A stretch of DNA of 64,000 bases from Lysobacterales bacterium (GCA_017302215.1 JAFLDX010000001.1:517-64516); one strand, 5' to 3'. Shown: positions 1 through 13,328, numbered from the stretch's first letter. Notes: generated from the sequence alone by a model not told the origin. Translations and numbers: made by a program.

Positions 1-283
1 CAAGGCGTTCGACCATCGCCTGATCGATCGCTCGGCGAGCGAGATCGTCGAGACCGCGAAGCGCACAGGCGCCCAGGTACGCGGACCAATCCCGCTGCCG
101 ACGAAGATCGAGCGCTACACCATCCTGGTGTCGCCGCATGCAGACAAGGATGCCCGCGACCAGTACGAAACGCGCGTACACAAGCGCGTGCTGGATATCG
201 TGGATCCCAACGACAAGACCGTGGATGCCCTCATGAAGCTCGACCTGGCCGCCGGTGTGGACGTCCAGATCAAGCTCTATTGA
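1..283 (+). CDS. rpsJ: 30S ribosomal protein S10, C-terminal part (5' end outside window)
   Basis: Frame starting at nt 2 reads [46 protein letters not shown]...; stop TGA at 281-283; lies directly upstream of rplC. Confidence 0.9.
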   Translation, partial: KAFDHRLIDRSASEIVETAKRTGAQVRGPIPLPTKIERYTILVSPHADKDARDQYETRVHKRVLDIVDPNDKTVDALMKLDLAAGVDVQIKLY

Positions 284-309
284 CCAGCGGCCCGCGATAG
301 GACACGACG

Positions 310-951
310 ATGAGTATCGGATTGGTTGGCCGCAAATGCGGCATGAGCCGGGTCTTCACTGACGACGGCCGTTCGGTGCCGGTGACGCTGATCGAAGCGA
401 CGCCGAACCGGGTGACCCAGGTGAAGACGACGGAGACCGACGGCTACAGTGCCGTCCAGGTGACGGCGGGTTCGAAGCGCGCCGCGCTCGTCAACAAGCC
501 GCAGGCGGGTCACTACGCCAAGGCCAAGGTCGAGGCCGGCCGTGGGCTGTGGGAGTTCCGCGTCGACGCGGCCGAAGCGGCCAAGTTCAGCGTCGGCGGC
601 GAGATCAAGGCCGATGAGGTCTTCAGCGTCGGCCAGGTCGTCGATGTTGCCGGCATCACCAAGGGCAAGGGCTTCCAGGGCACGATCAAGCGCCATCATT
701 TCACGATGGGTGATGCGACGCACGGCAACTCGCTGTCGCACCGCGCGCCGGGCTCGATCGGCCAGCGCCAGACGCCGGGTCGCGTGTTCCCGGGCAAGAA
801 GATGTCGGGCCACATGGGCGCCGTTCGCCGTTCGTCGATGAACCTCGAGGTCGTCCGCATCGACAGCGAGCGCCACCTGATCGCGATCAAGGGTTCGGTG
901 CCCGGAGCACCGGGCGGCGACGTGATCATCCGACCCGCGGTCAAGGCCTGA
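310..951 (+). CDS. rplC: 50S ribosomal protein L3
   Basis: [20 protein letters not shown]... is a typical L3 N-terminus; S10 operon order. Confidence 0.97.
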   Translation: MSIGLVGRKCGMSRVFTDDGRSVPVTLIEATPNRVTQVKTTETDGYSAVQVTAGSKRAALVNKPQAGHYAKAKVEAGRGLWEFRVDAAEAAKFSVGGEIKADEVFSVGQVVDVAGITKGKGFQGTIKRHHFTMGDATHGNSLSHRAPGSIGQRQTPGRVFPGKKMSGHMGAVRRSSMNLEVVRIDSERHLIAIKGSVPGAPGGDVIIRPAVKA

Positions 952-962
952 GGAGCGACGCC

Positions 963-1565
963 ATGGAACTCAATGTCATCGGCGCTCAGCCGGTCAGCGT
1001 TTCCGAGGCCGTGTTCGGCCAGGAATTCCGCCACGATCTCGTGCATCAGGTCGTCGTTTCGTATCGCAATGCGGGTCGCGCCGGCACCAAGGCGCAGAAG
1101 TCGCGTTCCGATCTTTCCGGCACCACGAAGAAGTTCAAGAAGCAGAAGGGTGGCGGCGCACGCCACGGTGACTACCGTGCCCCGATCTTCGTTGGCGGTG
1201 GTGTCAGTTTCGCCGCGCGTCCGCGCAGCTTCGCGCAGAAGGTCAACCGCAAGATGTATCGCGGCGCGTTCGCCTCGATCCTGTCGGAGCTGAATCGCCA
1301 GGGCCGCCTGCGCCTCGTCGAGTCGTTCGGTATCGAGAAGCCGAAGACGAAGGCGCTGGTGGACAAGCTGGCCGGTTACGAGGCGACGGGTCGCACCGTG
1401 CTGGTCGCCGAGAACGCGCCAGAGGCGCTCTACCTGGCTGCGCGCAACATCCCGTACCTGCACGTCGTCGACGTCGCCGCGCTGGATCCGGTCAGCCTCG
1501 TCGGCGCGGACCACGTGTTCATGACCGTCGAATCGGTCAAGAAGATCGAGGAGTGGCTGGCGTGA
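963..1565 (+). CDS. rplD: 50S ribosomal protein L4
   Basis: 200-aa ORF with L4-like sequence in the expected operon position. Confidence 0.95.
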   Translation: MELNVIGAQPVSVSEAVFGQEFRHDLVHQVVVSYRNAGRAGTKAQKSRSDLSGTTKKFKKQKGGGARHGDYRAPIFVGGGVSFAARPRSFAQKVNRKMYRGAFASILSELNRQGRLRLVESFGIEKPKTKALVDKLAGYEATGRTVLVAENAPEALYLAARNIPYLHVVDVAALDPVSLVGADHVFMTVESVKKIEEWLA

Positions 1566-1852
1566 AAGAGAACCTCTACAGCGTGCTGCGTGCGCCTCTC
1601 ATTTCCGAGAAGACCGCCCGCCTGCAGGAAACCAACCAGTACGTGTTCGAAGTGGCGCAAGGTTCCAGCAAGGCCGACGTGAAGGCGGCCGTCGAACAGC
1701 TGTTCAACGTGCAGGTCGAGTCGGTCAACGTGGTCAACATCAAGGGAAAGACCAAGGCATTCCGCCAGCGCTCCGGTTCGCGCGGTGGCAAGCGCAAGGC
1801 GTACGTGCGCCTCGGCGAAGGCCAGTCGATCGACGTGATGGCCAAGGCCTAA
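1562..1852 (+). CDS. rplW: 50S ribosomal protein L23
   Basis: [18 protein letters not shown] matches L23. GTG at 1562 overlaps the rplD stop (GTGA) and has GAGGAG 8 nt upstream. The ORF track opens at GTG 1553, which has no usable RBS spacing. Confidence 0.92.
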   Translation: MKENLYSVLRAPLISEKTARLQETNQYVFEVAQGSSKADVKAAVEQLFNVQVESVNVVNIKGKTKAFRQRSGSRGGKRKAYVRLGEGQSIDVMAKA

Positions 1853-1899
1853 AGGTGGCTGCGGACGCCCAGGCGTCCGCGGAAATCAGGAAAACAGAA

Positions 1900-2727
1900 A
1901 TGGCACTGATTACTCTCAAACCCACATCGGCAGGTCGCCGTTCCGCAGTCCGCGTCTCGACGCCGGGACTGCACAAGGGCTCGCCGTATGCGCCGCTGAC
2001 CGAGTCGCAGAACAAGTCGGGTGGTCGCAACCACTACGGCCGGATCACCACGCGCCACAAGGGCGGTGGCTCGAAGCAGCACTACCGCATCATCGACTTC
2101 AAGCGTGACAAGGAAGGCATCGCCTGCCGCATCGAGCGCCTTGAGTACGATCCGAACCGCACCGCGCACATTGCGCTGCTGCTGTACGTCGACGGGGAGC
2201 GCCGCTACATCATCGCGCCGAAGGGTGCACAGGTCGGCGACCAGCTGATGGCCGGTCGCGAGGCGCCGATCAAGGTCGGCAATTCGCTGCCGTTGCGCAA
2301 CATCCCGATCGGTTCGACCGTGCATTGCATCGAGATGAAGCCCGGCAAGGGTGCGCAGCTCGCACGCGCCGCTGGCGCCTCGGCGCAGCTCGTCGCGCGC
2401 GAGCAGGGCCATGCAACCCTGCGCCTGCGCTCCGGCGAGATGCGCAAGGTGCCGGCCGAGTGCCGCGCGACGATCGGCGAGGTCGGCAATTCGGAACACA
2501 GCCTCGAGAAGCTCGGCAAGGCCGGCGCCAGCCGGTGGCGCGGCGTGCGTCCCACCGTTCGTGGTGCGGCCATGAATCCGGTCGACCATCCGCACGGCGG
2601 TGGCGAAGCCAAGGCCGGACAGGGCAACCCGCATCCGGTGTCGCCGTGGGGCATGCCGACCAAGGGTTACAAGACTCGCAAGAACAAGCGCACCGACCAG
2701 TTCATCGTGCGCGATCGCAGGGGTTGA
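1900..2727 (+). CDS. rplB: 50S ribosomal protein L2
   Basis: [14 protein letters not shown]... is a canonical L2 start at ATG 1900; the ORF-track extension from 1855 was discarded. Confidence 0.97.
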   Translation: MALITLKPTSAGRRSAVRVSTPGLHKGSPYAPLTESQNKSGGRNHYGRITTRHKGGGSKQHYRIIDFKRDKEGIACRIERLEYDPNRTAHIALLLYVDGERRYIIAPKGAQVGDQLMAGREAPIKVGNSLPLRNIPIGSTVHCIEMKPGKGAQLARAAGASAQLVAREQGHATLRLRSGEMRKVPAECRATIGEVGNSEHSLEKLGKAGASRWRGVRPTVRGAAMNPVDHPHGGGEAKAGQGNPHPVSPWGMPTKGYKTRKNKRTDQFIVRDRRG

Positions 2728-2735
2728 AATAGATC

Positions 2736-3023
2736 ATGGCTCGCTCACTGAAGAAAGGCCCGTTCATCGACCACCACCTGCTCAAGAAGGTGGAGGTTGC
2801 CTCGGCTGCCAACAACAAGCGCCCGATCAAGACCTGGTCGCGCCGCTCCATGATTTCGCCGGAGATGGTCGGGCTCACGCTCGCCATCCACAACGGACGC
2901 CAGCACGTGCCCGTGCTGGTCAACGAGAACATGGTCGGCCACAAGCTCGGCGAATTCGCCGTGACCCGCACGTTCAAGGGTCACTCCGGCGACAAGAAAG
3001 CCGCCGACGCGAAGAAGAAGTAA
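2736..3023 (+). CDS. rpsS: 30S ribosomal protein S19
   Basis: [19 protein letters not shown]... is canonical S19. Confidence 0.97.
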   Translation: MARSLKKGPFIDHHLLKKVEVASAANNKRPIKTWSRRSMISPEMVGLTLAIHNGRQHVPVLVNENMVGHKLGEFAVTRTFKGHSGDKKAADAKKK

Positions 3024-3036
3024 GGGAGAACGCACC

Positions 3037-3366
3037 GTGGAAGCCAAAGCGATTCTGCGCAGCGCGCGCATCTCCGCCCAGAAGGTCCGCCTGGTCGCCG
3101 ACCAGGTTCGCGGCCTTGATGTCGGCAACGCGACCAACCTGCTCGCCTTCAGCAACAAGAAGGCGGCGCACATCGTCAAGAAGGTACTGCTCTCGGCGGT
3201 CGCCAATGCCGAGAACAATCTCGGCGCCGACGTCGACGAGCTGAAGGTTTCGAAGATCTTCGTGGACGACGGCCCGGTGCTGAAGCGCATGCATGCGCGT
3301 GCCAAGGGCCGTGGCAACCGTATCTCCAAGCGCACCAGCCACATCACCGTGGTCGTGGGCGAGTAA
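3037..3366 (+). CDS. rplV: 50S ribosomal protein L22
   Basis: GTG start; [26 protein letters not shown] is L22-like. Confidence 0.96.
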   Translation: MEAKAILRSARISAQKVRLVADQVRGLDVGNATNLLAFSNKKAAHIVKKVLLSAVANAENNLGADVDELKVSKIFVDDGPVLKRMHARAKGRGNRISKRTSHITVVVGE

Positions 3367-3378
3367 AGGACGCTAACG

Positions 3379-4083
3379 ATGGGTCACAAAGTCAATCCCA
3401 CCGGCTTCCGCCTCGGCATTTCCAAGGACTGGAACTCGAAGTGGTTCGCCAACAAGCGCGATTTCGCCGGCTACCTGATTGCCGACCTCAAGGTGCGCGA
3501 GCTGCTGAAGAAGAAGCTCGCCCAGGCCGGAATCTCGAAGATCCAGATCGAGCGACCGGCCAAGTCGGCACGCGTGACGATTCACACAGCCCGTCCGGGC
3601 GTCGTGATCGGCAAGAAGGGCGAGGACATCGAGAAGCTGCGCAAGGAAGTCTCGCAGGTGATGGGCGTGCCCGCCCACATCAACGTGACCGAGGTCCGCA
3701 AGCCGGAGCTCGATGCCCAACTCGTCGCCGAGTCGATCGCCCAGCAGCTCGAGCGCCGCATCATGTTCCGCCGCGCGATGAAGCGCTCGGTGCAGAATGC
3801 GATGCGCCTCGGTGCCCTCGGCATCAAGGTCAACGTCGGTGGTCGCCTCAACGGTGCCGAGATCGCGCGTTCGGAATGGGCACGCGAGGGTCGCGTTCCG
3901 CTGCATACGCTGCGTGCCGACATCGACTACGGCTTCGCCGAGGCGAACACGACCTACGGCGTGATCGGCGTCAAGGTGTGGATCTACAAGGGCGAGATCT
4001 TCGATCTCCACGCGGCGACCCAGGAAGCGAAGGTGGAGGCGAGCGAGGAGCGCGCCCCGCGTCGCGCTCCGGCCGCGAAGTAA
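3379..4083 (+). CDS. rpsC: 30S ribosomal protein S3
   Basis: [24 protein letters not shown] is canonical S3. Confidence 0.97.
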   Translation: MGHKVNPTGFRLGISKDWNSKWFANKRDFAGYLIADLKVRELLKKKLAQAGISKIQIERPAKSARVTIHTARPGVVIGKKGEDIEKLRKEVSQVMGVPAHINVTEVRKPELDAQLVAESIAQQLERRIMFRRAMKRSVQNAMRLGALGIKVNVGGRLNGAEIARSEWAREGRVPLHTLRADIDYGFAEANTTYGVIGVKVWIYKGEIFDLHAATQEAKVEASEERAPRRAPAAK

Positions 4084-4095
4084 GGAACCGAAATC

Positions 4096-4509
4096 ATGTT
4101 GCAACCGAAGCGAACCAAGTACCGCAAGGTGCAGAAGGGCCGCAACCCGGGTCTGTCCTACGTCGCCACGAAGGTCAGCTTCGGCGCGTACGGCCTCAAG
4201 GCGACGACCCACGGCCACCTGACCGCGCGCCAGATCGAGGCGGCGCGCCGCTGCATCACGCGATTCGTCAAGCGTGGCGGCAAGCTGTGGATCCGCGTGT
4301 TCCCGGACAAGCCGATCACCAAGAAGCCGATCGAAGTCCGCATGGGCAACGGCAAGGGCAACGTCGAGTTGTGGGTGGCGCCGGTGCAGCCGGGCCGCAT
4401 GCTCTACGAGATCGAGGGCGTCGACGAAACGACCGCCCGCGAGGCGTTCCGCCTGGCCGCCGCCAAGCTGTCGGTACAAACCCAGTTCGTAGCCAGAACG
4501 GTGCTGTGA
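4096..4509 (+). CDS. rplP: 50S ribosomal protein L16
   Basis: [17 protein letters not shown] is canonical L16. Confidence 0.97.
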   Translation: MLQPKRTKYRKVQKGRNPGLSYVATKVSFGAYGLKATTHGHLTARQIEAARRCITRFVKRGGKLWIRVFPDKPITKKPIEVRMGNGKGNVELWVAPVQPGRMLYEIEGVDETTAREAFRLAAAKLSVQTQFVARTVL

Positions 4510-4694
4510 TGGAACTGAAAGAACTTCGCCAGAAGTCGGAGAAGGAGTTGAACGAGCACCTCGGCGAGCTGCGCCGGGAGCAGTTCAACCTGCGCATGCA
4601 GAAGGGCTCGGGCCAGCTCGCCCAGACGCACCAGTTCGGTCGCGTGCGCCGCGAGATCGCGCAGGTCAAGACCCTGCTCGGCAACAAGAAGTAA
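4509..4694 (+). CDS. rpmC: 50S ribosomal protein L29
   Basis: 61-aa [18 protein letters not shown]...; the ATG overlaps the rplP TGA by 1 nt; hidden inside the long ORF-track frame 3441..4694. Confidence 0.95.
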   Translation: MELKELRQKSEKELNEHLGELRREQFNLRMQKGSGQLAQTHQFGRVRREIAQVKTLLGNKK

Positions 4695-4706
4695 GGACGA
4701 CATGCG

Positions 4707-4970
4707 ATGAGCGAGACAGAGAAGAGCACGCGCACGCTTGAAGGGCGTGTCGTCAGCAACAAGATGCAGAAGACGGTAACCGTCCTGCTCGAGCGCCAGG
4801 TGCAGCACCCGTTGTACGGGAAGATCGTGCGCCGCTCGACCAAGGTGCATGCGCACGACGCCAACGGCGAATGCAAGGAGGGCGACGTCGTCCGCATTTC
4901 CGAAACCCGTCCGCTGTCGAAGACGAAGAACTGGCGCGTGGTCGAGATCGTCACGCGGGCCGCGCAGTAA
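4707..4970 (+). CDS. rpsQ: 30S ribosomal protein S17
   Basis: [30 protein letters not shown] is S17-like. Confidence 0.96.
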   Translation: MSETEKSTRTLEGRVVSNKMQKTVTVLLERQVQHPLYGKIVRRSTKVHAHDANGECKEGDVVRISETRPLSKTKNWRVVEIVTRAAQ

Positions 4971-5000
4971 CCACGGCCCCGGACGTAAGGAGCAAGCAAC

Positions 5001-5369
5001 ATGATCCAGATGCAGACCACGCTGGCCGCGGCGGACAACAGCGGTGCTCGCGAACTGATGTGCATCAAGGTGCTCGGCGGTTCCAAGCGCCGTTACGCCC
5101 AGATCGGTGACGTCATCAAGGTGTCGGTGCGTGAAGCGATTCCGCGCGGCAAGGTCAAGAAGGGCGAGGTGTACGACGCCGTCGTCGTGCGCACGCGCAA
5201 GGGCGTGCGTCGCGCGGACGGATCGCTGATCCGCTTCGACGGCAATGCTGCCGTCCTCCTCAACAACAAGCTCGAGCCGATCGGCACCCGCATCTTCGGG
5301 CCGGTGACGCGTGAGCTGCGCAGCGAGAAGTTCATGAAGATCGTCTCGCTCGCTCCAGAAGTGCTGTAA
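5001..5369 (+). CDS. rplN: 50S ribosomal protein L14
   Basis: [28 protein letters not shown] is canonical L14. Confidence 0.98.
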   Translation: MIQMQTTLAAADNSGARELMCIKVLGGSKRRYAQIGDVIKVSVREAIPRGKVKKGEVYDAVVVRTRKGVRRADGSLIRFDGNAAVLLNNKLEPIGTRIFGPVTRELRSEKFMKIVSLAPEVL

Positions 5370-5381
5370 CGGGAAGTAGCC

Positions 5382-5696
5382 ATGAACCGCATCCGCAAAG
5401 GCGATCAAGTCATCGTGATCGCCGGCAAGAACAAGGGTCAGAAGGGCGAGGTCGTGCGCGTGGTCGGTGACCGCGTGTTCGTTCAGAACATCAACCTCGT
5501 CAAGCGCCACACGAAGCCGAATCCCCAGGCGAACCAGCCGGGCGGCATCGTCGAGCGCGAGGCTTCCATCGATGCATCCAATGTCCAGTTGTTCAATCCC
5601 GCCACGGGCAAGGGCGCGCGCGTCGGCTTCAAGAATCTTGAAGACGGTCGCAAGGTGCGCGTTTACCGCCCGTCCGGCGAAGTGATCGACGCTTGA
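5382..5696 (+). CDS. rplX: 50S ribosomal protein L24
   Basis: [24 protein letters not shown] is canonical L24 (KOW motif). Confidence 0.96.
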   Translation: MNRIRKGDQVIVIAGKNKGQKGEVVRVVGDRVFVQNINLVKRHTKPNPQANQPGGIVEREASIDASNVQLFNPATGKGARVGFKNLEDGRKVRVYRPSGEVIDA

Positions 5697-5704
5697 GGCC
5701 CGCC

Positions 5705-6247
5705 ATGACGACGCGTCTTGAAAACATCTACAAAGAATCGATCGTGCCGAAGCTCACCGAGCGTTTCGGCTACACGAATCCGATGCAGGTCCCGCGACTG
5801 AGCAAGGTCACGCTCAACATGGGCGTGGGCGAGGCTGTCGGCAACAAGAAGATCCTCGAGAACGCGGTTGCCGACATGGCCAAGATCTCGGGCCAGAAGC
5901 CGATCGTGACGCTCTCGAAGAAGTCGATAGCGACGTTCAAGATCCGCGAGAACTGGCCGATCGGTTGCAAGGTCACGCTGCGCCGCAAGCAGATGTACGA
6001 GTTCATCGATCGACTGGTGAACATCTCGCTGCCGCGCGTGCGCGACTTCCGCGGAATCTCCGGCCGCTCGTTCGACGGTCGCGGCAACTACAACATGGGC
6101 GTCAAGGAACAGATCATCTTCCCGGAGATCGATTTCGACCAGATCGACGCGCTGCGCGGCATGGACATCGCCGTCACGACGACCGCGCGCACCGACGAGG
6201 AAGCGAAGGCGCTGCTCGAGGCGTTCGGCTTCCCGTTCCGCAACTGA
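5705..6247 (+). CDS. rplE: 50S ribosomal protein L5
   Basis: [23 protein letters not shown] from ATG 5705; the ORF track opens at TTG 5693. Confidence 0.95.
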   Translation: MTTRLENIYKESIVPKLTERFGYTNPMQVPRLSKVTLNMGVGEAVGNKKILENAVADMAKISGQKPIVTLSKKSIATFKIRENWPIGCKVTLRRKQMYEFIDRLVNISLPRVRDFRGISGRSFDGRGNYNMGVKEQIIFPEIDFDQIDALRGMDIAVTTTARTDEEAKALLEAFGFPFRN

Positions 6248-6275
6248 CCGAATCAAGCAAGCAGGACCCACGGCA

Positions 6276-6581
6276 ATGGCCAAGACTTCCATGATCGAGC
6301 GCGAGCTCAAGCGCGAGAAGCTCGTCAAGCGGCACGCGGCGAAGCGCAAGCAGCTGAAAGAGATCGTCAGCAGCCCGAAGGCGTCGTACGAGGAGAAGCT
6401 CGAAGCCGCCACCAAGCTGCAGAAACTACCCCGCGACTCCAGTCCGTCGCGCCAGCGCAACCGCTGTGCACAGACCGGTCGTTCCCGCGGTGTCTACCAG
6501 AAATTCGGCCTCGGCCGCATGAAGTTGCGTGAAGCGACCATGCGTGGCGACGTGCCGGGCTTGCGCAAGGCAAGCTGGTAA
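6276..6581 (+). CDS. rpsN: 30S ribosomal protein S14 (long form)
   Basis: [20 protein letters not shown]...[12 protein letters not shown] is canonical S14. Confidence 0.96.
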   Translation: MAKTSMIERELKREKLVKRHAAKRKQLKEIVSSPKASYEEKLEAATKLQKLPRDSSPSRQRNRCAQTGRSRGVYQKFGLGRMKLREATMRGDVPGLRKASW

Positions 6582-6619
6582 GTCGCCGGATATCGATGCC
6601 TCAGCAAGGATTTTGAATC

Positions 6620-7015
6620 ATGAGCATGACTGATCCCATCGCCGACATGTTCACGCGCATTCGCAACGCCCAGTTGACGGGCAAGCGCGTCGTGAGCATG
6701 CCGTCTTCGCGCGTCAAGCTGGCCCTCGCCACGCTCCTCAAGGACGAAGGCTACGTGACGGACTATCAGGTGCGCTCGAACGAGGGCAAGCCCGAGCTCG
6801 AGATCGCCCTCAAGTATTACGAGGGCAAGCCGGTCATCGAACGCCTCGAACGCGTGAGCCGGTCCGGCCTGCGCGTCTATCGCGGCAAGAACGAGCTGCC
6901 GAAGGTGCTGAACGGGCTCGGCGTGTCGATTGTCTCCACGTCGTCTGGAATCATGACCGACGCCCATGCCCGCCAGAAGGGTCTCGGCGGCGAAGTCATC
7001 GGCATCGTGGCCTAA
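6620..7015 (+). CDS. rpsH: 30S ribosomal protein S8
   Basis: [18 protein letters not shown] is canonical S8. Confidence 0.97.
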   Translation: MSMTDPIADMFTRIRNAQLTGKRVVSMPSSRVKLALATLLKDEGYVTDYQVRSNEGKPELEIALKYYEGKPVIERLERVSRSGLRVYRGKNELPKVLNGLGVSIVSTSSGIMTDAHARQKGLGGEVIGIVA

Positions 7016-7026
7016 GGAGCACAAGC

Positions 7027-7554
7027 ATGTCACGCGTTGCCAAGAAACCCGTTTCGATCCCGAAGGGCGTCGACATCCAGGTGAACGCCGAGGCGATCAC
7101 GGTCAAGGGCCCGAAGGGTTCGCTGAAGTTGCCGACGCCCCCGGGAGTCGTGGCCGAGGTCAAGGACGGCCAGGTTCTCCTCGCCGGCAAGACCGCGAAC
7201 GATGTCAAGATGGCCGGCACTGCCCGCGCGCTCGTTGCCAACATGGTCACCGGCGTGAACGAAGGCTATCAGCGCAAGCTCGAACTGTTCGGTGTCGGAT
7301 ATCGTGCCGCGCTGCAGGGCAAGGATCTGAACCTCAGCCTCGGCTATTCGCATCCGGTCCTGTTCAAGGCACCGGAAGGCATCACGCTCGAAGTGCCGAC
7401 GCAGACCGAGATCCTGGTCAAGGGCGCCGACAAGCAGGGTGTCGGTGAAGCCGCCGCGAAGATTCGTTCCTTCCGCCCGCCGGAACCCTACAAGGGCAAG
7501 GGCGTGCGCTACTCGGGTGAAAAGATCACGTTGAAGGAAGCCAAGAAGGCATAA
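7027..7554 (+). CDS. rplF: 50S ribosomal protein L6
   Basis: [19 protein letters not shown] is canonical L6. Confidence 0.96.
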   Translation: MSRVAKKPVSIPKGVDIQVNAEAITVKGPKGSLKLPTPPGVVAEVKDGQVLLAGKTANDVKMAGTARALVANMVTGVNEGYQRKLELFGVGYRAALQGKDLNLSLGYSHPVLFKAPEGITLEVPTQTEILVKGADKQGVGEAAAKIRSFRPPEPYKGKGVRYSGEKITLKEAKKA

Positions 7555-7635
7555 GCCTGCGCGCGTTCGCGCGGATGCGAGATGCGTCCCGCGGCGACGG
7601 CAGTATCGGCCAATCCGCTTCTTCGGAGAGATATC

Positions 7636-7989
7636 GTGGAAAAGAACAATGCAAGACTGCGTCGAGCGAAGTCGACGCGCATGCACATTCGCGAACTGGG
7701 TGTCGCGCGCCTCAGCGTGCATCGCACGGGGCAGCACATCTACGCGCAGGTCGTGACGGCTGCGGGCGACAAGGTTATCGCGGCCGCGTCGACCGTGCAG
7801 AAGTCCGTCGCCGAAGGCCTAAAGGGCACGAAGAACAAGGATGCCGCCGCGCTGGTCGGCAAGACGGTAGCGGAGCGTGCTCTCAAGGCGGGTGTCGAGA
7901 AAGTCGCGTTCGACCGTTCCGGCTTCCGCTATCACGGTCGCATCCAGGCCCTGGCCGAAGCAGCGCGCGAGGCCGGCCTGAAGTTCTGA
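7636..7989 (+). CDS. rplR: 50S ribosomal protein L18
   Basis: GTG 7636 gives a 117-aa product, (M)[20 protein letters not shown]..., of L18 length and sequence; the ORF-track extension from 7582 was discarded. Confidence 0.93.
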   Translation: MEKNNARLRRAKSTRMHIRELGVARLSVHRTGQHIYAQVVTAAGDKVIAAASTVQKSVAEGLKGTKNKDAAALVGKTVAERALKAGVEKVAFDRSGFRYHGRIQALAEAAREAGLKF

Positions 7990-8133
7990 TCGGTCGGATG
8001 ATCCGGGCGGCATGCCCGGCCCGGCAAATCCGCATCGATCCCGCTCCGGTCCATCGTTCCAAACACAACTCCAAGCGGCTCCAGCCGCAAGCAGAAGTCC
8101 GGTCCGCCTTGCGGTCGGCAACAAAGGTGAAGC

Positions 8134-8643
8134 ATGTCAACCAATGATCGTGAGAACAGCGACGGCTTGCTCGAGAAGCTGATCGCGGTGAACCGCGTGG
8201 CGAAGACCGTCAAGGGTGGCCGCCAGATGAGTTTCACGGCCTTGACTGTCGTCGGTGACGGCGATGGTCGTGTCGGCTTCGGCTACGGCAAGGCGCGGGA
8301 AGTGCCGATCGCCATCCAGAAGGCGATGGAGCGCGCGCGCAAGAACATGATTCGCGTGCAGCTCAAGGAAGGCACGCTGTGGCACGCCGTCAAGGCCAAC
8401 CACGGCGCTGCGCGCGTCTACATGCAGCCCGCTTCCGAGGGCACCGGTGTCATCGCCGGCGGCGCGATGCGCGCCGTCCTCGAGGTCGTCGGCGTGAAGA
8501 ATGTTCTCGCCAAGGCGGTCGGTTCCCGCAACCCGATCAATCTCGTGCGCGCCACGATCAACGGTCTCAACGCGATGGCGACGCCCCAGCGCATCGCTTC
8601 GAAGCGCGGCAAGACGCTCGACGAGGTACTCGGCAATGGCTAA
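8134..8643 (+). CDS. rpsE: 30S ribosomal protein S5
   Basis: [23 protein letters not shown] is canonical S5; AAGGTG RBS. Confidence 0.97.
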   Translation: MSTNDRENSDGLLEKLIAVNRVAKTVKGGRQMSFTALTVVGDGDGRVGFGYGKAREVPIAIQKAMERARKNMIRVQLKEGTLWHAVKANHGAARVYMQPASEGTGVIAGGAMRAVLEVVGVKNVLAKAVGSRNPINLVRATINGLNAMATPQRIASKRGKTLDEVLGNG

Positions 8644-8830
8644 CGAATCCAAGACCGTGCGCGTGCGCCTGGTCAAGAGCCCGAACAGCTGCAAGGCCAT
8701 CCATCGGCTCAGCGTGCGCGCGCTCGGACTGCGCAAGCTCAATGACGTGCGCGAACTGAAAGATTCTCCGTCCGTGCGCGGGCTGATCAGCAAGGTCAGC
8801 TACCTGGTGCGCGTTGAAGGTGACGCGTAA
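8636..8830 (+). CDS. rpmD: 50S ribosomal protein L30
   Basis: [35 protein letters not shown] is L30-like; ATG 8636 overlaps the end of rpsE. Confidence 0.93.
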   Translation: MANESKTVRVRLVKSPNSCKAIHRLSVRALGLRKLNDVRELKDSPSVRGLISKVSYLVRVEGDA

Positions 8831-8858
8831 GCGTCGCCCAGAACAAGGAACTGATTCC

Positions 8859-9293
8859 ATGCGTCTGAACACTCTCAAGCCTGCCACTGGTGCCCGCAAG
8901 AAGGGCGTGCGCGTCGGTCGCGGCATCGGATCCGGCCTTGGCAAGACAGCCGGCCGTGGCCACAAGGGTTCGTATGCGCGCACGGGCAAGGGCAAGATCA
9001 AGGCCGGCTTCGAAGGCGGCCAGATGCCGCTGCAGCGTCGCCTGCCGAAGGTGGGTTTTCGCTCGAAGAAGGCCCAGGAGATCTCCGAGGTGCTGCTCTA
9101 CAAGCTCGGCGCACTCGGCCTCGACGTGATCGATTTCGACGCGCTGAAGGCGGCCGGTCTGGTCGAAACGCGTGCCGAACGCGCCAAGATCGTGAAGAAG
9201 GGCGAACTGACCCGTGCGATCACGCTCCGCGGCGTCGCGGCGACTGCCGGTGCACGCGCGGCGATCGAGGCTGCCGGCGGCAGCGTGGAGTAA
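8859..9293 (+). CDS. rplO: 50S ribosomal protein L15
   Basis: [30 protein letters not shown] is canonical L15 from ATG 8859. Confidence 0.95.
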   Translation: MRLNTLKPATGARKKGVRVGRGIGSGLGKTAGRGHKGSYARTGKGKIKAGFEGGQMPLQRRLPKVGFRSKKAQEISEVLLYKLGALGLDVIDFDALKAAGLVETRAERAKIVKKGELTRAITLRGVAATAGARAAIEAAGGSVE

Positions 9294-9296
9294 TCG

Positions 9297-10610
<1,314 letters not shown>

Positions 10611-10670
10611 GGCAGGTTCACCGTCCGGGCCTCGGGTGGCCACGACGGACGGCAAACGGGATCGAGGGGG

Positions 10671-10699
10671 TTTCGCAGGCCCCCCGATCCGGATACAAT
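10671..10699 (+). promoter_or_regulatory. Candidate sigma70 promoter of the alpha operon (TTTCGC-17 bp-TACAAT)
   Basis: TACAAT at 10694-10699, 44 nt upstream of the rpsM ATG, with a weak -35 at 17-bp spacing; pattern match only. Confidence 0.3.
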
Positions 10700-10742
10700 A
10701 CTAAGTTCACTGCGCAATCGGTTCTCTTGGAGACATTCAAAC

Positions 10743-11099
10743 ATGGCGCGCATCGCGGGTGTAAACCTCCCGGTCCAGAAACATGCATGGGTTGGATTGC
10801 AGAGCATCTTCGGCATCGGTCGTTCGCGATCGAAGAAGGTCTGTGTGGACGCGGGTGTAACGCCGACGACCAAGATCAAGGACCTGACCGAAGCTGAAGT
10901 CGAGCGCATCCGCCACGAGGTGGCCAAGTACACGGTCGAGGGCGACCTTCGCCGTGAGGTCGGCATCGCCATCAAGCGCCTCATCGACCTCGGCTGCTAT
11001 CGCGGCCTGCGCCATCGTCGCGGCCTGCCGCTGCGCGGCCAGCGTACGCGCACCAATGCCCGTACCCGCAAGGGTCCGCGTCGTGCGATCAAGAAATAA
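10743..11099 (+). CDS. rpsM: 30S ribosomal protein S13
   Basis: [26 protein letters not shown] is canonical S13. Confidence 0.97.
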   Translation: MARIAGVNLPVQKHAWVGLQSIFGIGRSRSKKVCVDAGVTPTTKIKDLTEAEVERIRHEVAKYTVEGDLRREVGIAIKRLIDLGCYRGLRHRRGLPLRGQRTRTNARTRKGPRRAIKK

Positions 11100-11117
11100 C
11101 CTGCCCGGAATCGCCCC

Positions 11118-11507
11118 ATGAACAAGCCGGTCGCCAAGCCGAAGAAGAAGATCAAGCGCGTTGTCACGGATGCCGTCTGCCACGTGCAGGCTTCGTTCAA
11201 CAACACCGTCGTCACCATCACCGATCGCCAGGGCAATGCGCTCTCGTGGGCCACGGCCGGCGGCGCCGGTTTCCGCGGATCGCGCAAGTCGACCCCGTTT
11301 GCTGCGCAGGTCGCGGCGGAGAAGGCCGCGCGCGCGGCTTCCGAGTACGGCGTCAAGACGATCGAGGTCCGCATCAAGGGCCCCGGCCCGGGTCGCGAGT
11401 CGGCCGTGCGTTCGCTCAACAACGTCGGCTTCAAGGTCACCAACATCATCGACGTGACGCCGATTCCGCACAACGGCTGCCGTCCGCCGAAGAAGCGTCG
11501 CGTCTGA
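11118..11507 (+). CDS. rpsK: 30S ribosomal protein S11
   Basis: [30 protein letters not shown] is canonical S11. Confidence 0.97.
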   Translation: MNKPVAKPKKKIKRVVTDAVCHVQASFNNTVVTITDRQGNALSWATAGGAGFRGSRKSTPFAAQVAAEKAARAASEYGVKTIEVRIKGPGPGRESAVRSLNNVGFKVTNIIDVTPIPHNGCRPPKKRRV

Positions 11508-11580
11508 GTCGCTCGACCCCGATCACGAAAACCAGGAACCGGCCCCGCGGGGCCGGCTTTCCCAACCAGAGATAGTCACC

Positions 11581-12207
11581 ATGGCTCGTTATATCGGACC
11601 TACCTGCAAGCTGGCGCGCCGTGAAGGCGCCGACCTCAGCCTCAAGAGCCCGGCTCGCGCGGTCGACTCGAAGTGCAAGCTCGAGCAGAAGCCCGGGCAG
11701 CACGGCGCCGCCCGCAAGGGCCGCCTGTCGGATTACGGCGTGCAGCTGCGCGAGAAGCAGAAGGTCAAGCGCATCTATGGCTTGCTCGAGCGCCAGTTCC
11801 ACAAGTACTACGTCAAGGCGTCGAACCAGAAGGGCAACACGGGCGAGAACCTGCTGCGCCAGCTCGAGTCGCGTCTGGACAACGTCGTCTACCGCATGGG
11901 CTTCGCGGTCACCCGCTCGCAGGCCCGCCAGCTCGTTTCGCACGGCGCCGTGCACGTCAACGGCAAGCGCGTCAACCTGCCTTCATTCCAGGTCAAGGCC
12001 GGCGACGAGGTCGCGCTGACCGAGCGTGCGCGCAGCCAGTTGCGCGTGCAGGAGTCGGTGACCGTCTCGCAGGAAATGGACCTCGCGCCTTCGTGGGTCG
12101 AAGTCGACGCGAAGAAGTTCACGGGCATCTTCAAGTCGTTGCCCGAGCGCTCGGATCTGCCCTCGGACATCAACGAGAGCCTGATCATCGAGCTCTACTC
12201 CAAGTAA
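11581..12207 (+). CDS. rpsD: 30S ribosomal protein S4
   Basis: [23 protein letters not shown] is canonical S4. Confidence 0.97.
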   Translation: MARYIGPTCKLARREGADLSLKSPARAVDSKCKLEQKPGQHGAARKGRLSDYGVQLREKQKVKRIYGLLERQFHKYYVKASNQKGNTGENLLRQLESRLDNVVYRMGFAVTRSQARQLVSHGAVHVNGKRVNLPSFQVKAGDEVALTERARSQLRVQESVTVSQEMDLAPSWVEVDAKKFTGIFKSLPERSDLPSDINESLIIELYSK

Positions 12208-12237
12208 TTCATCGTCATCCTTTCGGAGTCCCTGTTC

Positions 12238-13236
12238 ATGGCAGGATCGTCCACCAACGTGCTGCGTCCGCGCGGCATCCAGGTCGAGCGCATCGGCGCG
12301 AACCACGCGAAAGTCGTGGTCGAGCCGATGGAGCGCGGCTTCGGTCACACGCTCGGCAATGCGCTGCGCCGTGTTCTGCTGTCCTCGATCCCCGGCTGCG
12401 CCGTCGTCGAAGTCGAGATCGACAATGTTCTGCACGAGTACACCACGCTCGAAGGCCTGCAGGAAGACGTCATCGAAGTCCTGCTCAACATCAAGGACGT
12501 CGCGATCCGCATGCACGGGCATGACGAAACGACGCTGACGCTGAGCAAGAAGGGCAAGGGCGTGGTGACCGCCGGCGACATCAAGGTCGACCACTCGGTC
12601 GAGATCGTCAATCCGGACCACGTCATCTGCCACCTGACCAAGGATGTCGGCCTCAACATGCGCCTGAAGGTCGTGCGTGGCGTCGGCTACCAGCCGGCCG
12701 TTTCGCGCCGCCTGCCGGACGAGGAAGCGCGTCCCATCGGCCGGTTGCAACTCGATGCTTCGTTCTGTCCGGTCCGTCGGGTCTCCTATCAGGTCGACAG
12801 CGCTCGCCTCGAGCAGCGCACCGACCTCGACAAGCTGGTCCTCGAGATCGACACCAACGGCGCGATCGATGCCGAGGAAGCCGTGCGCAAGGCCGCCGAG
12901 ATCCTGCAGGATCAGATTTCCGTGTTCGGCGACTTCACGCGTCGCGAGAGCGAAAGCTCGAAGGCCGACAAGAGCGGCGTCGATCCGGTGTTGCTGCGTC
13001 CGATCGACGATCTCGAGCTGACCGTGCGTTCGGCGAACTGCCTGAAGGCCGAGAGCATCTATTACATCGGCGACCTGGTGCAGAAGACCGAGGTCGAACT
13101 GCTCAAGACGCCGAATCTCGGCAAGAAGTCGCTGACCGAAATCAAGGATGTTCTCGGACAACGCGGCCTTTCGCTCGGCATGAAGCTCGAGTCGTGGCCG
13201 CCACCGGGCATCGCCCACGGCATGCAGTTGGGCTAG
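12238..13236 (+). CDS. rpoA: DNA-directed RNA polymerase subunit alpha
   Basis: 332 aa; [28 protein letters not shown] and the C-terminal [23 protein letters not shown] are RpoA signatures. Confidence 0.98.
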   Translation: MAGSSTNVLRPRGIQVERIGANHAKVVVEPMERGFGHTLGNALRRVLLSSIPGCAVVEVEIDNVLHEYTTLEGLQEDVIEVLLNIKDVAIRMHGHDETTLTLSKKGKGVVTAGDIKVDHSVEIVNPDHVICHLTKDVGLNMRLKVVRGVGYQPAVSRRLPDEEARPIGRLQLDASFCPVRRVSYQVDSARLEQRTDLDKLVLEIDTNGAIDAEEAVRKAAEILQDQISVFGDFTRRESESSKADKSGVDPVLLRPIDDLELTVRSANCLKAESIYYIGDLVQKTEVELLKTPNLGKKSLTEIKDVLGQRGLSLGMKLESWPPPGIAHGMQLG

Positions 13237-13328
13237 CGCGATCGTCCGTGGCTGGTGCGATCGTCCGTGATCGCTGGGCAGGATCGGGTTTCGCGGGATC
13301 GGACATACGTTCCCCCGGAACTCCATAA

